Below are positions 1 through 9,389 of a stretch of 33,114 nt of DNA, piece by piece. Source of the stretch: a virus (lineage: Duplodnaviria; Caudoviricetes); IMG/VR virus record IMGVR_UViG_3300037087_000097, positions 1 to 33,114 of that record. One strand, written 5' to 3'. The notes under the pieces are model-generated. The model did not search any database, was not told the origin of the DNA, and worked only from the letters and a program-made list of their open reading frames with translations. The position numbers and the translations under genes are program-made. The stretch's first letter is position 1, and the number at the start of each line of letters is the position of its first letter.

Positions 1-1
1 T

Positions 2-874
2 ACTAATAGTGGACAAGAATTACAACTTAGAGAATATATTCAAAAATTCTACGATAAAGAAATATTATATAATGATAGAAATGTGATAGGTAAAGAAATA
101 GATATTTATTTACCCGATTTGAAATTAGGATTTGAATTTAATGGAGTATATTGGCACAATGAGTTATATAAATCTAATAATTTCCATTTAGAAAAAACAG
201 AATTATCAGAAAAATTCAATATTAAATTAATTCATGTTTATCAAGATGATTGGATATATAAACAAGATATTGTTAAATCGAGAATATTAAATTTACTTGG
301 TAAAACTTCAAATAAAATATATGGCAGAAAATGTATAATTAAGGAAATAAATGATAATAAAATAGTGAGAGATTTTCTTGATAAGAATCATTTACAGGGA
401 TTTATAGGTGGTCAAATTAAATTGGGGTTATTTTATAACAATGAATTGATGTCATTGATGACTTTTGGTAGACAGAGAAAATCTATGGGAACAAAAAGTA
501 AAGAAGATTCATATGAAATGTTAAGATTTTGTAATAAATTGAATACCTCAGTTATAGGGGCAGCTTCTAAATTGTTTAAATATTTCGTGGATATTTATAA
601 TCCAGTTGAAATCGTAAGTTATGCTGATCGTTCATGGAGTCAAGGGGAATTATATAAACAATTAGGATTTGATTTAGTACATAAAACGAAACCGAACTAT
701 TACTATATTATAGATGGAATTAGAAAATATAGATTTTTATTCAGAAAAGATTTATTAATAAAACAAGGATATGACCCAAATAAAACAGAAAGAGAGATAA
801 TGTTGGAAAGAAAAATATATCGTATCTATGATAGTGGAAGTATGAAATTTATATATACCAAAAAACATATTTAA
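2..874 (+). CDS. Homing-endonuclease-like protein (PD-(D/E)XK/Vsr-like nuclease domain plus C-terminal GNAT-like domain), 5'-truncated by the window edge
   Basis: The frame is open from nt 2 (TNSGQELQLREYIQ...NDRNVIGKEIDIYLPDLKLGFEFNGVYWH), so the GTG at 83 is probably not the true start. EIDIYLP..K.GFEFNG.YWH matches the Vsr/DUF559-like nuclease motif. FL..NHLQG, E..RFC.K...V.G.ASKLF, SYAD.SWS.G..Y..LGF and IYDSG match the GNAT-like tail seen in phage Hef-like endonucleases. Confidence 0.7.
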   Translation, partial: TNSGQELQLREYIQKFYDKEILYNDRNVIGKEIDIYLPDLKLGFEFNGVYWHNELYKSNNFHLEKTELSEKFNIKLIHVYQDDWIYKQDIVKSRILNLLGKTSNKIYGRKCIIKEINDNKIVRDFLDKNHLQGFIGGQIKLGLFYNNELMSLMTFGRQRKSMGTKSKEDSYEMLRFCNKLNTSVIGAASKLFKYFVDIYNPVEIVSYADRSWSQGELYKQLGFDLVHKTKPNYYYIIDGIRKYRFLFRKDLLIKQGYDPNKTEREIMLERKIYRIYDSGSMKFIYTKKHI

Positions 875-875
875 T

Positions 876-1571
876 ATGTACGGATTTTTAGAATTATTAA
901 AAGAAAAAAAATTAAACGAGTTTAATTATGATTTATTGAATGAAGGTCTTATTATGTCTGTCGAATATAATGTATTTATAGACAAATTAAATAATATTCT
1001 TAAAAAATATAACATAAATGGTTTTTGTGATTTATATGTTGGAAAAGACAGAGTGATTCTTCAAATTAACGAAAATGATTTGTATAAAAGAAAAACCTTT
1101 TTTAAATTTCTTTCTAATTTATTAAATCAAACTGGATATTACATATCCAATTATAAAATAGATAACAAAGTTTATATTGGTGATGTTGATATTTCAATAT
1201 TTCTGAACAATATTAATTTTATATTATATTTAAACAAAAGATTTGATAGTGAATCGGGTCATATTCCAGAATTTTTATATCATGTAACAGAAAACAAATA
1301 TCTTGAAAAAATATTGAAACAAGGACTTATAAATAAATCCAAAAAATACATAGAAAATCATCCAGAAAGAATATATTTATTTGATAGTTTAGATGATTGC
1401 TGGGATTATATCGATTTTAAAGATTTATCAGATTTTACGATTTTAAAAATAGATGTTAAAACATTAAAGAATATAAAGCTTTTTGATGACCCTAAATATC
1501 AACCAACGATCAATGCTTATTATACATACGATAATATGCCACCTTATTCAATAATAGAATTAAAATTATAA
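876..1571 (+). CDS. ART-like (Tpt1/KptA-type NAD-binding) protein with possible capsid-targeting leader
   Basis: LYHVT...L..IL..GL...K...HP.RIYL motif. Paralogous along its length to module 3 of 2827..5391 (NEGLI...YHVT...KILK.GL...HP.RIYL...YYT..N.PP..I). The N-terminus MYGFLELLKE...LNEF...LLNEG is a weak leader match. Confidence 0.6.
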   Translation: MYGFLELLKEKKLNEFNYDLLNEGLIMSVEYNVFIDKLNNILKKYNINGFCDLYVGKDRVILQINENDLYKRKTFFKFLSNLLNQTGYYISNYKIDNKVYIGDVDISIFLNNINFILYLNKRFDSESGHIPEFLYHVTENKYLEKILKQGLINKSKKYIENHPERIYLFDSLDDCWDYIDFKDLSDFTILKIDVKTLKNIKLFDDPKYQPTINAYYTYDNMPPYSIIELKL

Positions 1572-2843
1572 AAAATATCTATCAGATTTCATATTATCGA
1601 TTTCTGATTTTATTACATTATAATTGAGATATGAATTAGGTTCATCAAGTTTAAATGAGTTATATAAAGTGAGAATCTTTTCTCTCATTTTTATATTGAA
1701 TTGTTTACCGAGAAAATAACATTTCTTTATTAGGTCATATTTTGAATCATCACCAACATTCATAAATTTATTTATCATCTCATATAGCATCTTTGTTAGT
1801 TCTTCTCTAAATAAATTAAAATCGTTTATATTAACCCCATAAAAATATGATTTGTTTACTAATTTTTTATAAGAATATAAATCAAAATATTCAGAATTAT
1901 CATAGCAAAAATTAATTGATCTGTCTAAATCTTTCCTTCTTAAAAGTTCAAATAATTTCATCATTACGGCCTCTTTTTCGGTTTCATAAACATCATGGTG
2001 AAAATCGTAGAAGTCCTTATATTTTAATTTTGGATTATCTTTTAATCTTTCTTTATATTGTATTCTTCTGATTTTGAATTCATGACTATGAAACTTATTG
2101 AATTCTTGACTAATATGAGTTAATTCATGAACGAGAGATCCAATTAAATTGTTTTTTGATTTTTCTAAATCCCTTATATCTTTGGTACTTATTACAACTT
2201 TATAATCATAACCCGTTACATTAAGTGTCATAAAATTTTCACGAGATATTGGATCAAATTTTACAATTACCGATTTGGTGGATTTATCCTGTGGATCTTG
2301 AAAATTAAATGTGAAGTTAGTTTTTCCCTCTCTTTTAATAATTCGATTCCAATTGGTATCAATTTTATCTCTTATAATTTGTGTGAGTCCATTAACATTG
2401 GAATATCCTTCTTTTACTACTGATATAGCATCGTAACATTCTATGGTTTCAACTAAATCTTCTGTTAGTTTTAACCATTCATCTTCATCGTTCCAAATTT
2501 CAAAAGGACCATCTATTTTCTTTTCTGAATACCAATCATAGGATTCTCCAATATAATCACGCTGGAGTTCTTTTTTATTTAATTGAACTCTTAATATTGG
2601 TATAAAATCATTTGTATCTTTATTTATAATAGATCCATAAAATAGTGCCCTTTGAAAACTTTCTGTCACAAAAACCTTATTTTTACTATATTGTATATCT
2701 GGACTTGCCTCAAAATTTGATTTCTTTTCAGTATTTGGTGTTAATCCATTTCTAAAAATAGATGATAAGTATTCTATTTTGGTGGCATGATAAAACCATT
2801 GTTTATTTATGCTAGATTCAAATATTTTAAAATTCTTTAACAC
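1566..2843 (-). CDS. Two-domain protein: N-terminal ART-like domain plus C-terminal HEXXH zinc metallopeptidase-like domain; capsid-targeting-like leader
   Basis: Leader MLKNFKIFES; FYHATK...GL.PN...SK.KVFVTE.F..A.FYG; LVHELTH at about aa 237-243 with a downstream ETEKEA; linker VVKEG at aa 142-146. Confidence 0.65.
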   Translation of the reverse strand: MLKNFKIFESSINKQWFYHATKIEYLSSIFRNGLTPNTEKKSNFEASPDIQYSKNKVFVTESFQRALFYGSIINKDTNDFIPILRVQLNKKELQRDYIGESYDWYSEKKIDGPFEIWNDEDEWLKLTEDLVETIECYDAISVVKEGYSNVNGLTQIIRDKIDTNWNRIIKREGKTNFTFNFQDPQDKSTKSVIVKFDPISRENFMTLNVTGYDYKVVISTKDIRDLEKSKNNLIGSLVHELTHISQEFNKFHSHEFKIRRIQYKERLKDNPKLKYKDFYDFHHDVYETEKEAVMMKLFELLRRKDLDRSINFCYDNSEYFDLYSYKKLVNKSYFYGVNINDFNLFREELTKMLYEMINKFMNVGDDSKYDLIKKCYFLGKQFNIKMREKILTLYNSFKLDEPNSYLNYNVIKSEIDNMKSDRYFL

Positions 2844-5391
2844 CTTTTACTTCTTTAATTTGTGTATATGATAGTGGATATATCGAGTATTCATTATCAC
2901 CATTTTGAATAGAAAAATTTTCATTTACAATAACCCCATCATATCCGTAATCTTTCCCCTCCCTTTTCATCTTTCTTAAAAAGGTATATAACAAATCAGC
3001 TGTTAAAAATGAAACACCTTCTTTATCATAATCTTCCACTTTATACCTATCATCATCTTTGGTGTATTTATATTTTTGAGCCCAAGGTATGAATTCTTCT
3101 TGATATATTTTTAATGCTTTTTCATCTCTGGTATCAAAAGGATTCTTAATATCTAAATAGTATGGTTTTACTATTCTTCCATAACCTTTTGCATATTCTT
3201 TGTTTTTTGTGAAAAAAATTGGTTTATAATCAAATTCACCTAAATTTTTATCATCTGATCCATGATACCAGATTTCAGAATTGTTAAAATTTTCTTTTAT
3301 TTTTTTTTCCCATTCATCCCATTTGAGAATGATATACTCTGGTTTATTTACAATAATAGATTGAGTATTGTTGATAAAGTCTATGTTCTTTATAACGAAG
3401 TTCTCATTCTCTTTTTTTTTATATGTCTGAGATAAATTCCATGATGTTTGAGTTCTCGCTCCAAGTTCACTATATCTTGAACCTCTTCCCAATCCTATTC
3501 TCATTGGTTCATCCGCAATTCCATCTAAAACTAATATTTTCATAATTTTATAAAATTGTTTCTGAACATATCTAATTTTAATTGATTTATCTGGATAAAA
3601 ATTATCACAAAAATCTAAAAAATCATCATTCTGATGCCAATTTGTAACTCTCCCTTTTCGAATAATTAAATCTTTAAGAAATTGATATTGCTTAATTTGT
3701 TTTTCGGTTTTTTCGAATCTTGTTTCTTCCTGAATTCCTTTCCAGTGTTTTCTATATTCTGATTCTGGTAATATGGATATAAACTGAGGTGGTATGTTTT
3801 CCATAGTATAATATCCAAATTGACGAGCATCCACATCAGAGTAAAGTTTTATATCTAAATCTTTTGTTGATACTTTTAGTATTTCACATTCGGTTTTTTC
3901 GATTCTTTCAAATTCTTTTTTCAATCCCCAAGCTAATTCCAATTCATCAGTCAAATATATTCTATCTGGATGATATACTAATTTATCTTTGTGTTTTGGA
4001 ACTAATCCTATTTTGAGTATTTTATCTACATTCCTTTTCGGTGTAACATGATACATTATACTTGGTTTGTTGTATATGTCCTTTGTTGTGTCAAATATTT
4101 GCTTTATATTGACTTCATCGAATGGTTGTTCAGGAAAAGTTTCATCGAACTTATAAACATCACCGTCTTTTCTACCATGTGATATATACCATCCTGTTTG
4201 TCTACAAATTCTTTCTATTTCCTTTATATCTGTAACATATTCTTTTCTACCTGCACTTATTTCAATTTCACCCTGTTCACCAGCAGAAACAAGACCAATA
4301 TAATAATCTGGGAATTTTCTTTTTAAAATTTTAAATACCTTTTTCGTTGGAACTGTTGAAATTAATCCTTCATTTTCCTCATATTCATCCCATTTCCCCT
4401 GACTGATTTCTTCGGCTAATTTCAAATCTAATTTTTCCCAAGGGCCGTCAAGATAAATTTCAAACTCACCAATTATTGGTTTTGTACTATACCAATCACA
4501 AGTTGTTTCTTCGTCTCTTGTCAATTCGTCTTTGTTGATCCAAATTCTTAAAATGGGTATGAATTTAGTACAAGATGGATCATGATTCTCATCACTGACA
4601 TTCATTTCACAACCATAAAAACGGGCAGTTTTAAAATCTTCAGTTACAAAAACTTTCCCTTTACTCCATTCTCCCAATTCTCCTTTCCAATTTGTTCTTC
4701 TGTCCATATTCGGTAATAATCCACTTTTTACAATATCAAGTAAATGTTCAGATTTAGTGGCATGATAAAATAACCTTTTATTTTCATTGGATTCGAATAT
4801 ATTATGTTCCTTAATATGTTTAGCCTTATCAAGATCGAAAATAACATAAGCGTTTCTGTTACCTAAATTATTATCTTCTAAATCGTCAATGTCTGATGTA
4901 GAATATTTCACTCCAATATAACCGAGTTTAGATAAAGCTTTATTGATTACAGTTGCTATATTGGCATCTGGATTAAACGAGTTTGTTAATTCGCCTTTTT
5001 TATTTAATGTAGTATATAAATTATAATTACTTGATAACGCTTGAACCATCGATTTATAATCAACATCGGTATCAATTGGAATTTTCCCATCATTATAATC
5101 AATGATATTTTGATAAAAAACAGAACCAGCATTAGTATCAGATACAACATCTATCATTTGACAAATTTGTTTGATTTCTCCCCTCGTAAAGTCTTTGGTA
5201 ACATCAAATATTTTTCCTTTTATTTCAAAGGTCTGTATTTGATCTCCATAAAAATTAGCCACTTCTTCTGAATCTGTTAAATATAATCCCTTACCATATA
5301 AATCAACAGCACTACCGATATTCTTACCAACTCCTCTTATTAATCGTTGTGAGATATTTTTCGATTCGAATGTCTGAAAGCTCGTTATCAT
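2827..5391 (-). CDS. 854-aa multidomain protein with four ART-like modules and one unknown module; capsid-targeting-like leader
   Basis: Leader MITSFQTFES. Module 1: LIRG...YGKGLYLTD...A..YG...GYIGVKY. Module 2: FYHATK, paralog of the 1566..2843 N-domain. Module 3: MYHVT, paralog of 876..1571. Module 4: unknown, about aa 556-660. Module 5: WYHGS...FFT.NK.YA.GYG...YL.IKNPFD...GYDGVI (ART-PolyVal-like). Confidence 0.7.
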   Translation of the reverse strand: MITSFQTFESKNISQRLIRGVGKNIGSAVDLYGKGLYLTDSEEVANFYGDQIQTFEIKGKIFDVTKDFTRGEIKQICQMIDVVSDTNAGSVFYQNIIDYNDGKIPIDTDVDYKSMVQALSSNYNLYTTLNKKGELTNSFNPDANIATVINKALSKLGYIGVKYSTSDIDDLEDNNLGNRNAYVIFDLDKAKHIKEHNIFESNENKRLFYHATKSEHLLDIVKSGLLPNMDRRTNWKGELGEWSKGKVFVTEDFKTARFYGCEMNVSDENHDPSCTKFIPILRIWINKDELTRDEETTCDWYSTKPIIGEFEIYLDGPWEKLDLKLAEEISQGKWDEYEENEGLISTVPTKKVFKILKRKFPDYYIGLVSAGEQGEIEISAGRKEYVTDIKEIERICRQTGWYISHGRKDGDVYKFDETFPEQPFDEVNIKQIFDTTKDIYNKPSIMYHVTPKRNVDKILKIGLVPKHKDKLVYHPDRIYLTDELELAWGLKKEFERIEKTECEILKVSTKDLDIKLYSDVDARQFGYYTMENIPPQFISILPESEYRKHWKGIQEETRFEKTEKQIKQYQFLKDLIIRKGRVTNWHQNDDFLDFCDNFYPDKSIKIRYVQKQFYKIMKILVLDGIADEPMRIGLGRGSRYSELGARTQTSWNLSQTYKKKENENFVIKNIDFINNTQSIIVNKPEYIILKWDEWEKKIKENFNNSEIWYHGSDDKNLGEFDYKPIFFTKNKEYAKGYGRIVKPYYLDIKNPFDTRDEKALKIYQEEFIPWAQKYKYTKDDDRYKVEDYDKEGVSFLTADLLYTFLRKMKREGKDYGYDGVIVNENFSIQNGDNEYSIYPLSYTQIKEVKGVKEF

Positions 5392-5396
5392 GTCTG

Positions 5397-5513
5397 TATA
5401 TATAATTTTGTTGAATCGAAAATTAATATATAAGGATGGAAACGAACCTACTTTAATATATAATAATAAAAGAACTGAAAATTAAAAAATCCAGTTTTAA
5501 ACATTAATATATA
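5397..5513. promoter_or_regulatory. Divergent promoter region with TAATATATA-type motifs (putative phage late promoters)
   Basis: TAATATATA on + at 5424-5432, 5454-5462 and 5505-5513 before the tail-tube gene. TTATATATA on - at 5397-5405, 5 nt before the ATG of the 854-aa gene. Confidence 0.6.
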
Positions 5514-5534
5514 ATAAAAAATAAGATAACGAAT

Positions 5535-6101
5535 ATGCCACTATCACATTTTACGAATGTAACAACCGCGACAGATTTACACGAACCGATTTATAAAAAT
5601 TTGTTCGAAGTCCGTATAACATTACCAACAGCCTTACAAGCAGTTCATCCGAACGCTACAGCTTTGTTGTTGGAAAACGCTATTAAGGTTAGTCTACCGA
5701 TTTACCCTGATTTAGCTGTTCAAACTCAGAGATTCAAATATTCAACTCGTTTGTATCCTACAACTCCAGAATCTACATCTATCACAAAAACAGATATGCA
5801 GTTCAACCTTAACCAACATAAAGATTCAAACTCAGTGTTTGTATTCCGTATGTTAAAGGATTGGTACGATTTAGTATGGAACAATGAAACAGGTCAATTG
5901 TCTTATAAGAGAAATCTTAAATCAGATCTTGTAACAATTGATGTTCATGACCGTGAGGGTAGAGTTGTAAGACGTGTGAACTGGATAAACGCTTGGATAG
6001 TAGCATTTACTGGTTGGGAAGAACACGATTGGACAACTGGTGATATTCAAACTTTAACCGCCTCATTCGCCGTTGATTACTGGAACGACCTATATTACTG
6101 A
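5535..6101 (+). CDS. Tail tube protein (T4 gp19-like)
   Basis: 188 aa; EP.Y.NLFEV.I.LP; L.DW.DLV.N..TG...YK; D..G.V.R......AW; DW...DI.....F.VDYW at the C-terminus. Size and motif order fit gp19-family tube proteins. Three upstream promoter motifs and a downstream terminator suggest high expression. Confidence 0.8.
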   Translation: MPLSHFTNVTTATDLHEPIYKNLFEVRITLPTALQAVHPNATALLLENAIKVSLPIYPDLAVQTQRFKYSTRLYPTTPESTSITKTDMQFNLNQHKDSNSVFVFRMLKDWYDLVWNNETGQLSYKRNLKSDLVTIDVHDREGRVVRRVNWINAWIVAFTGWEEHDWTTGDIQTLTASFAVDYWNDLYY

Positions 6102-6128
6102 AAAATTACTGATTATCAAGTAGTTACG

Positions 6129-6154
6129 AAAAACCAGACGAATCTGGTTTTTTT
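6129..6154 (+). terminator. Intrinsic terminator after the tail-tube gene
   Basis: AAAAACCAGA-cgaa-TCTGGTTTTT hairpin running into a T-tract. Confidence 0.8.
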
Positions 6155-6166
6155 GTGCTCATTATT

Positions 6167-6175
6167 TAATATATA
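6167..6175 (+). promoter_or_regulatory. TAATATATA putative late promoter, 5 nt before ATG
   Basis: Exact motif directly upstream of the 6181 start codon. Confidence 0.6.
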
Positions 6176-6180
6176 TCATC

Positions 6181-6690
6181 ATGATTACACTATTTGAAGA
6201 ATTCATTAATGGAAGTAAGGGTAAATATCCTACTACTGTTTATCATGGTACATCAATTGAACATAATTTTGAATCCGTTGGTAAAGAGGCCAATGGTACT
6301 TTTTTTTCTACCAGTAAGGGATTTGCAATTGAATATTGTGGTGAATGGAGAGGAATAGAGAATGGTAAATTATATGAAGTTATCCTTAAATCCAATTTGA
6401 ACCTATTCGACACAAAAAATATTGATGATTGTACTAAATTAATAAACAAATTTAATCCACTTGAAGATAAGATTGAAGATTATGCGGATGATGATGACAG
6501 TTACATAATTGATACTCCTGAGAAATTATATAATCTTAATAATACTTGGTTTGCAATAGAAAAAGAGGAAGGTTGTCTTAAATGGTTGGAACAACAATAT
6601 GAGGGAGTAATTCTTTTTGAAGATGGAATTCAGAACATATTATTATTCAATCCAGTTAGAGAAAAAATAATATCCTTTAAAGAAATATGA
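6181..6690 (+). CDS. ART-PolyVal-like protein with capsid-targeting-like leader
   Basis: MITLFEEFIN; VYHGT...GTFFS.SK.FA.EY...YEV.L...YEGVIL.EDG..NI.LFNP. Confidence 0.65.
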   Translation: MITLFEEFINGSKGKYPTTVYHGTSIEHNFESVGKEANGTFFSTSKGFAIEYCGEWRGIENGKLYEVILKSNLNLFDTKNIDDCTKLINKFNPLEDKIEDYADDDDSYIIDTPEKLYNLNNTWFAIEKEEGCLKWLEQQYEGVILFEDGIQNILLFNPVREKIISFKEI

Positions 6691-7160
6691 GATTAAAGTT
6701 ATTCGAAGAATTTGTAAACAATAAGAAAACAATATATCACTTCACAGAGAGTTTAAATTCACTTCTTGGTATATTATCTGATGATGCGTTAATGTCTGGT
6801 GAACATACTAATTATGGTCGTGGATATGAAAACATATCATTTACTTGGAATCCTGATTTATGGGATATAGAATATATGGGAGATGATGATTATAGATATA
6901 AAGTGAGAATGGCGTTCGATTACGACAGAATGAGTAAAGAATGGAAATTTGAGCCTTACGATTACGGAATACCTGAAGAAAAAGAAGAAAGGGTAGTTGG
7001 GGATGAAATGAAAGGTATCAAAAAGTATATCACCAAAATTTCTATTAGTTCAGAATTTGGTAGAGGGGATATGGAATATTTGAAAACACAACATTCTGAA
7101 ATAAAATTCGTTTGGGCGAGAAGAAAGGTATTTAAGAAAGAGAAAGATTCTAAATGGTAA
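6687..7160 (+). CDS. ART-like protein with capsid-targeting-like leader (paralog of 24406..24969)
   Basis: MRLKLFEEFVN; IYHFT...IS.T.N...VR..FD...P..Y...E.EE.....IKKYI..I shared with 24406..24969; ATGA overlap with the upstream gene. Confidence 0.6.
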   Translation: MRLKLFEEFVNNKKTIYHFTESLNSLLGILSDDALMSGEHTNYGRGYENISFTWNPDLWDIEYMGDDDYRYKVRMAFDYDRMSKEWKFEPYDYGIPEEKEERVVGDEMKGIKKYITKISISSEFGRGDMEYLKTQHSEIKFVWARRKVFKKEKDSKW

Positions 7161-7169
7161 TAATTTTTT

Positions 7170-8018
7170 TTATTTTGTTATTAATTGTATTTTTATATTA
7201 TTAACAATTTTATTATTCTCATATCTTCTTTTAATAGTAGTGGGATGAACATTTAAATATTCAGCTGCCTTTTTTATTGTTTGAAATAATAATTCTTCAT
7301 TTTTCGAAATATCAATAATTTTAACATTAATAAAAGTATTTCTATCTATGGTTATATTGTTTTCTTTTCTATATTTCCATACTTTTTCCATACCTAATTT
7401 TCTTTTCTCTTTTTCTATATCGCTCCATTGATGACCTTTTAATGTTTCACTTGTTTTATTGAATATCATTCTTTTTTCGGAAGTTGTTTTCCCTATTAAT
7501 GGTGAAACTCCTGTCATTTTATTTTTGAAATTTAATATTCCTTTATCACTTCGATGCCATTTTTTTCCACTCATTGAATTTTTATCACCTTTCATGTTTT
7601 CTGAAAATTTTTTGTAAATACCTCTTTCTAAACAAGTGTTTTTCATTTTGTTTATTGATTCCTCAGATAATGTCATACCAAGAACACCCTGACCTCCTGA
7701 TGTTAAATTTGTTAATGGGCCGGTATTTAATTTCTCTCTACCAATTTTTAAAATTGCCTCTTTTTCTAAAATTAAAGAATTTTCAAATGTGATTCCAGTT
7801 GAAGAAAAATATATAATTGGTTTTAGATTATTTCCCATGATATTTTTAATTCTTGAATTTTTGTTATTTTTTGAATTTAGTTTATATTTTTGAATGTGAA
7901 CCTTATATCTATTGTTCTTTCCTCTACCAACATAAAATGGTTCATAGTTAAAGAAAAAATCTTGATAAGAATAATTTCCGGGCTTTAATGGATCTAAATA
8001 TATGTAAATATAATACAT
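7170..8018 (-). CDS. Free-standing GIY-YIG homing endonuclease with NUMOD3-like repeats and C-terminal HTH
   Basis: Likely start at 8018 (MYYIYIYLDPLKPG...PFYVGRG...R...H...E...I...GR......LTNLT.GG.G). NUMOD3-like segments (LSEESINKM, KTSETLKGHQWS) and a C-terminal F.TIKKAAEYLNVHPTTIKRR helix-turn-helix. TTATATATA lies upstream at 8036-8044 (-). Confidence 0.8.
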   Translation of the reverse strand: MYYIYIYLDPLKPGNYSYQDFFFNYEPFYVGRGKNNRYKVHIQKYKLNSKNNKNSRIKNIMGNNLKPIIYFSSTGITFENSLILEKEAILKIGREKLNTGPLTNLTSGGQGVLGMTLSEESINKMKNTCLERGIYKKFSENMKGDKNSMSGKKWHRSDKGILNFKNKMTGVSPLIGKTTSEKRMIFNKTSETLKGHQWSDIEKEKRKLGMEKVWKYRKENNITIDRNTFINVKIIDISKNEELLFQTIKKAAEYLNVHPTTIKRRYENNKIVNNIKIQLITK

Positions 8019-8105
8019 GATTAATTTTTTATTCTTATATATAAAAAGTTTAGAGTGTAAAAATCCTTCTATTGAATATAATTTCACCGACATAAAAAAA
8101 TTTTT

Positions 8106-8114
8106 TAATATATA
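8106..8114 (+). promoter_or_regulatory. TAATATATA putative late promoter, 5 nt before ATG
   Basis: Exact motif directly upstream of 8120. Confidence 0.6.
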
Positions 8115-8119
8115 CAAAC

Positions 8120-9340
8120 ATGATTAGGCTTTTTGAAGAATTCGAAAATAAAAATAGTTATATTCTATATCATTCTACAAATTCTGATTTTTTTAAAGAA
8201 CCAGAAGAAAATAGAGATGGTAGATATTATAATCCATTGGGAACTGGTATTTATTGCTCTTCAATCAAGTCTTATTCCAAAAGGTTTGGAAAAAACACAT
8301 ATGTTTATTTATTACCGAAGAATTCAAAAATATTATTCATAAACAAAAATAATTATAAAGACCATTTAAATGATATTTTACGAGAATTAGTTTCAAGATT
8401 TGAAGATTTAAATTGGGAAGAAATTGTTCAAACATGGATAAATTTGAAAATTATTTATCAATCATCAGGAGATCCACCAATTGGAATTTTGAATAATTTC
8501 ACTTATTTTTTATATAGAGAATTCAATAATGGTTATAAGGAAAGTGAAGTTCAAGATTTAATGGAAGAAGTGTCTGACGAATTTAATTCTGAATATGATG
8601 CTATATGGTATTCAAAGGATTTATATAATGGAAAAGAAGATGAAATCGTTATTCCATTTAATAAGTTTAGACCAGAATATTTTCATGAAAAATTGAGTAA
8701 GAAACTCGTTCCAATTGAAGAATCGGTATCTCATAATCTATTTTTACAAGCTTTGGATAAATTGAACATAAAGTATGACAGGTTCAATATACTCAAAAAT
8801 GGGGCATATGGGGTCGCAATTGACATAGGATTCAATAAAATTCTAAAGATAACCAATGACCCCAGCGAAGCAGAAACGATGTCTTGGGTCAAAGAAAATC
8901 CAAATAAAGGAATAGTTGATGTTTTTGATGTTTTTCATATAGAAAATTCTGGAAGATTTCCAGATATTATCACTCAACTCCGATTACCATATTGGGATGA
9001 TACATTTTTTATTGTCGAAGAAAAAGTGAATACTTCGATGGCCGTAAAAATAGATAATTTTTTAGTTGGTATAAAAAAGGAATTTGGATTTATATATCCT
9101 CATAGGAATAATGATTTGTTGAGATATTTAAAAACTGATAGGGTTGTTAATTATGTAAATGAACATCCAGAATATAAAGAAATTCATGAAAAATTGAAAT
9201 TAATGTTAACTGAACTGATTGATATGGATTATGATGATATTTCAGCTTTTAATATGGGAACAGATAAAAATGGTGATATGAAAATATTTGATGTCGTTGA
9301 TCGAAAGAAAAAAGGTGAAATTAAGACAGTTAAATTATAA
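8120..9340 (+). CDS. ART-like domain fused to a protein-kinase-like domain; capsid-targeting-like leader
   Basis: MIRLFEEFEN. N-domain LYHST...LGTGIYCS...YDAIWY...EIVI. Linker PIEES (aa 198-202). C-domain NGAYGVA...LKIT.D..EA...IV.VFDV...IVEEKV...DIS.FNMG......KIFDV has the glycine loop, K, E, catalytic D..N and a DFG-like motif. Confidence 0.7.
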   Translation: MIRLFEEFENKNSYILYHSTNSDFFKEPEENRDGRYYNPLGTGIYCSSIKSYSKRFGKNTYVYLLPKNSKILFINKNNYKDHLNDILRELVSRFEDLNWEEIVQTWINLKIIYQSSGDPPIGILNNFTYFLYREFNNGYKESEVQDLMEEVSDEFNSEYDAIWYSKDLYNGKEDEIVIPFNKFRPEYFHEKLSKKLVPIEESVSHNLFLQALDKLNIKYDRFNILKNGAYGVAIDIGFNKILKITNDPSEAETMSWVKENPNKGIVDVFDVFHIENSGRFPDIITQLRLPYWDDTFFIVEEKVNTSMAVKIDNFLVGIKKEFGFIYPHRNNDLLRYLKTDRVVNYVNEHPEYKEIHEKLKLMLTELIDMDYDDISAFNMGTDKNGDMKIFDVVDRKKKGEIKTVKL

Positions 9341-9389
9341 TTTTTAGATTTAGAACCTACCTGCCTCAATATATAAAAAGAAAGTAATA

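Noticed and set aside
6105-6126. Imperfect palindrome ACTGATTATCAAGT after the tail-tube stop
   Set aside because: It is a single short, imperfect copy in AT-rich DNA and cannot be distinguished from chance.
7170-8117. Group I intron around the GIY-YIG gene, and the 8117 start
   Set aside because: The flanking genes are complete, on the opposite strand and have their own starts and stops, leaving no room for an intron core. The first 33 codons overlap promoter DNA, so 8018 is the better start.
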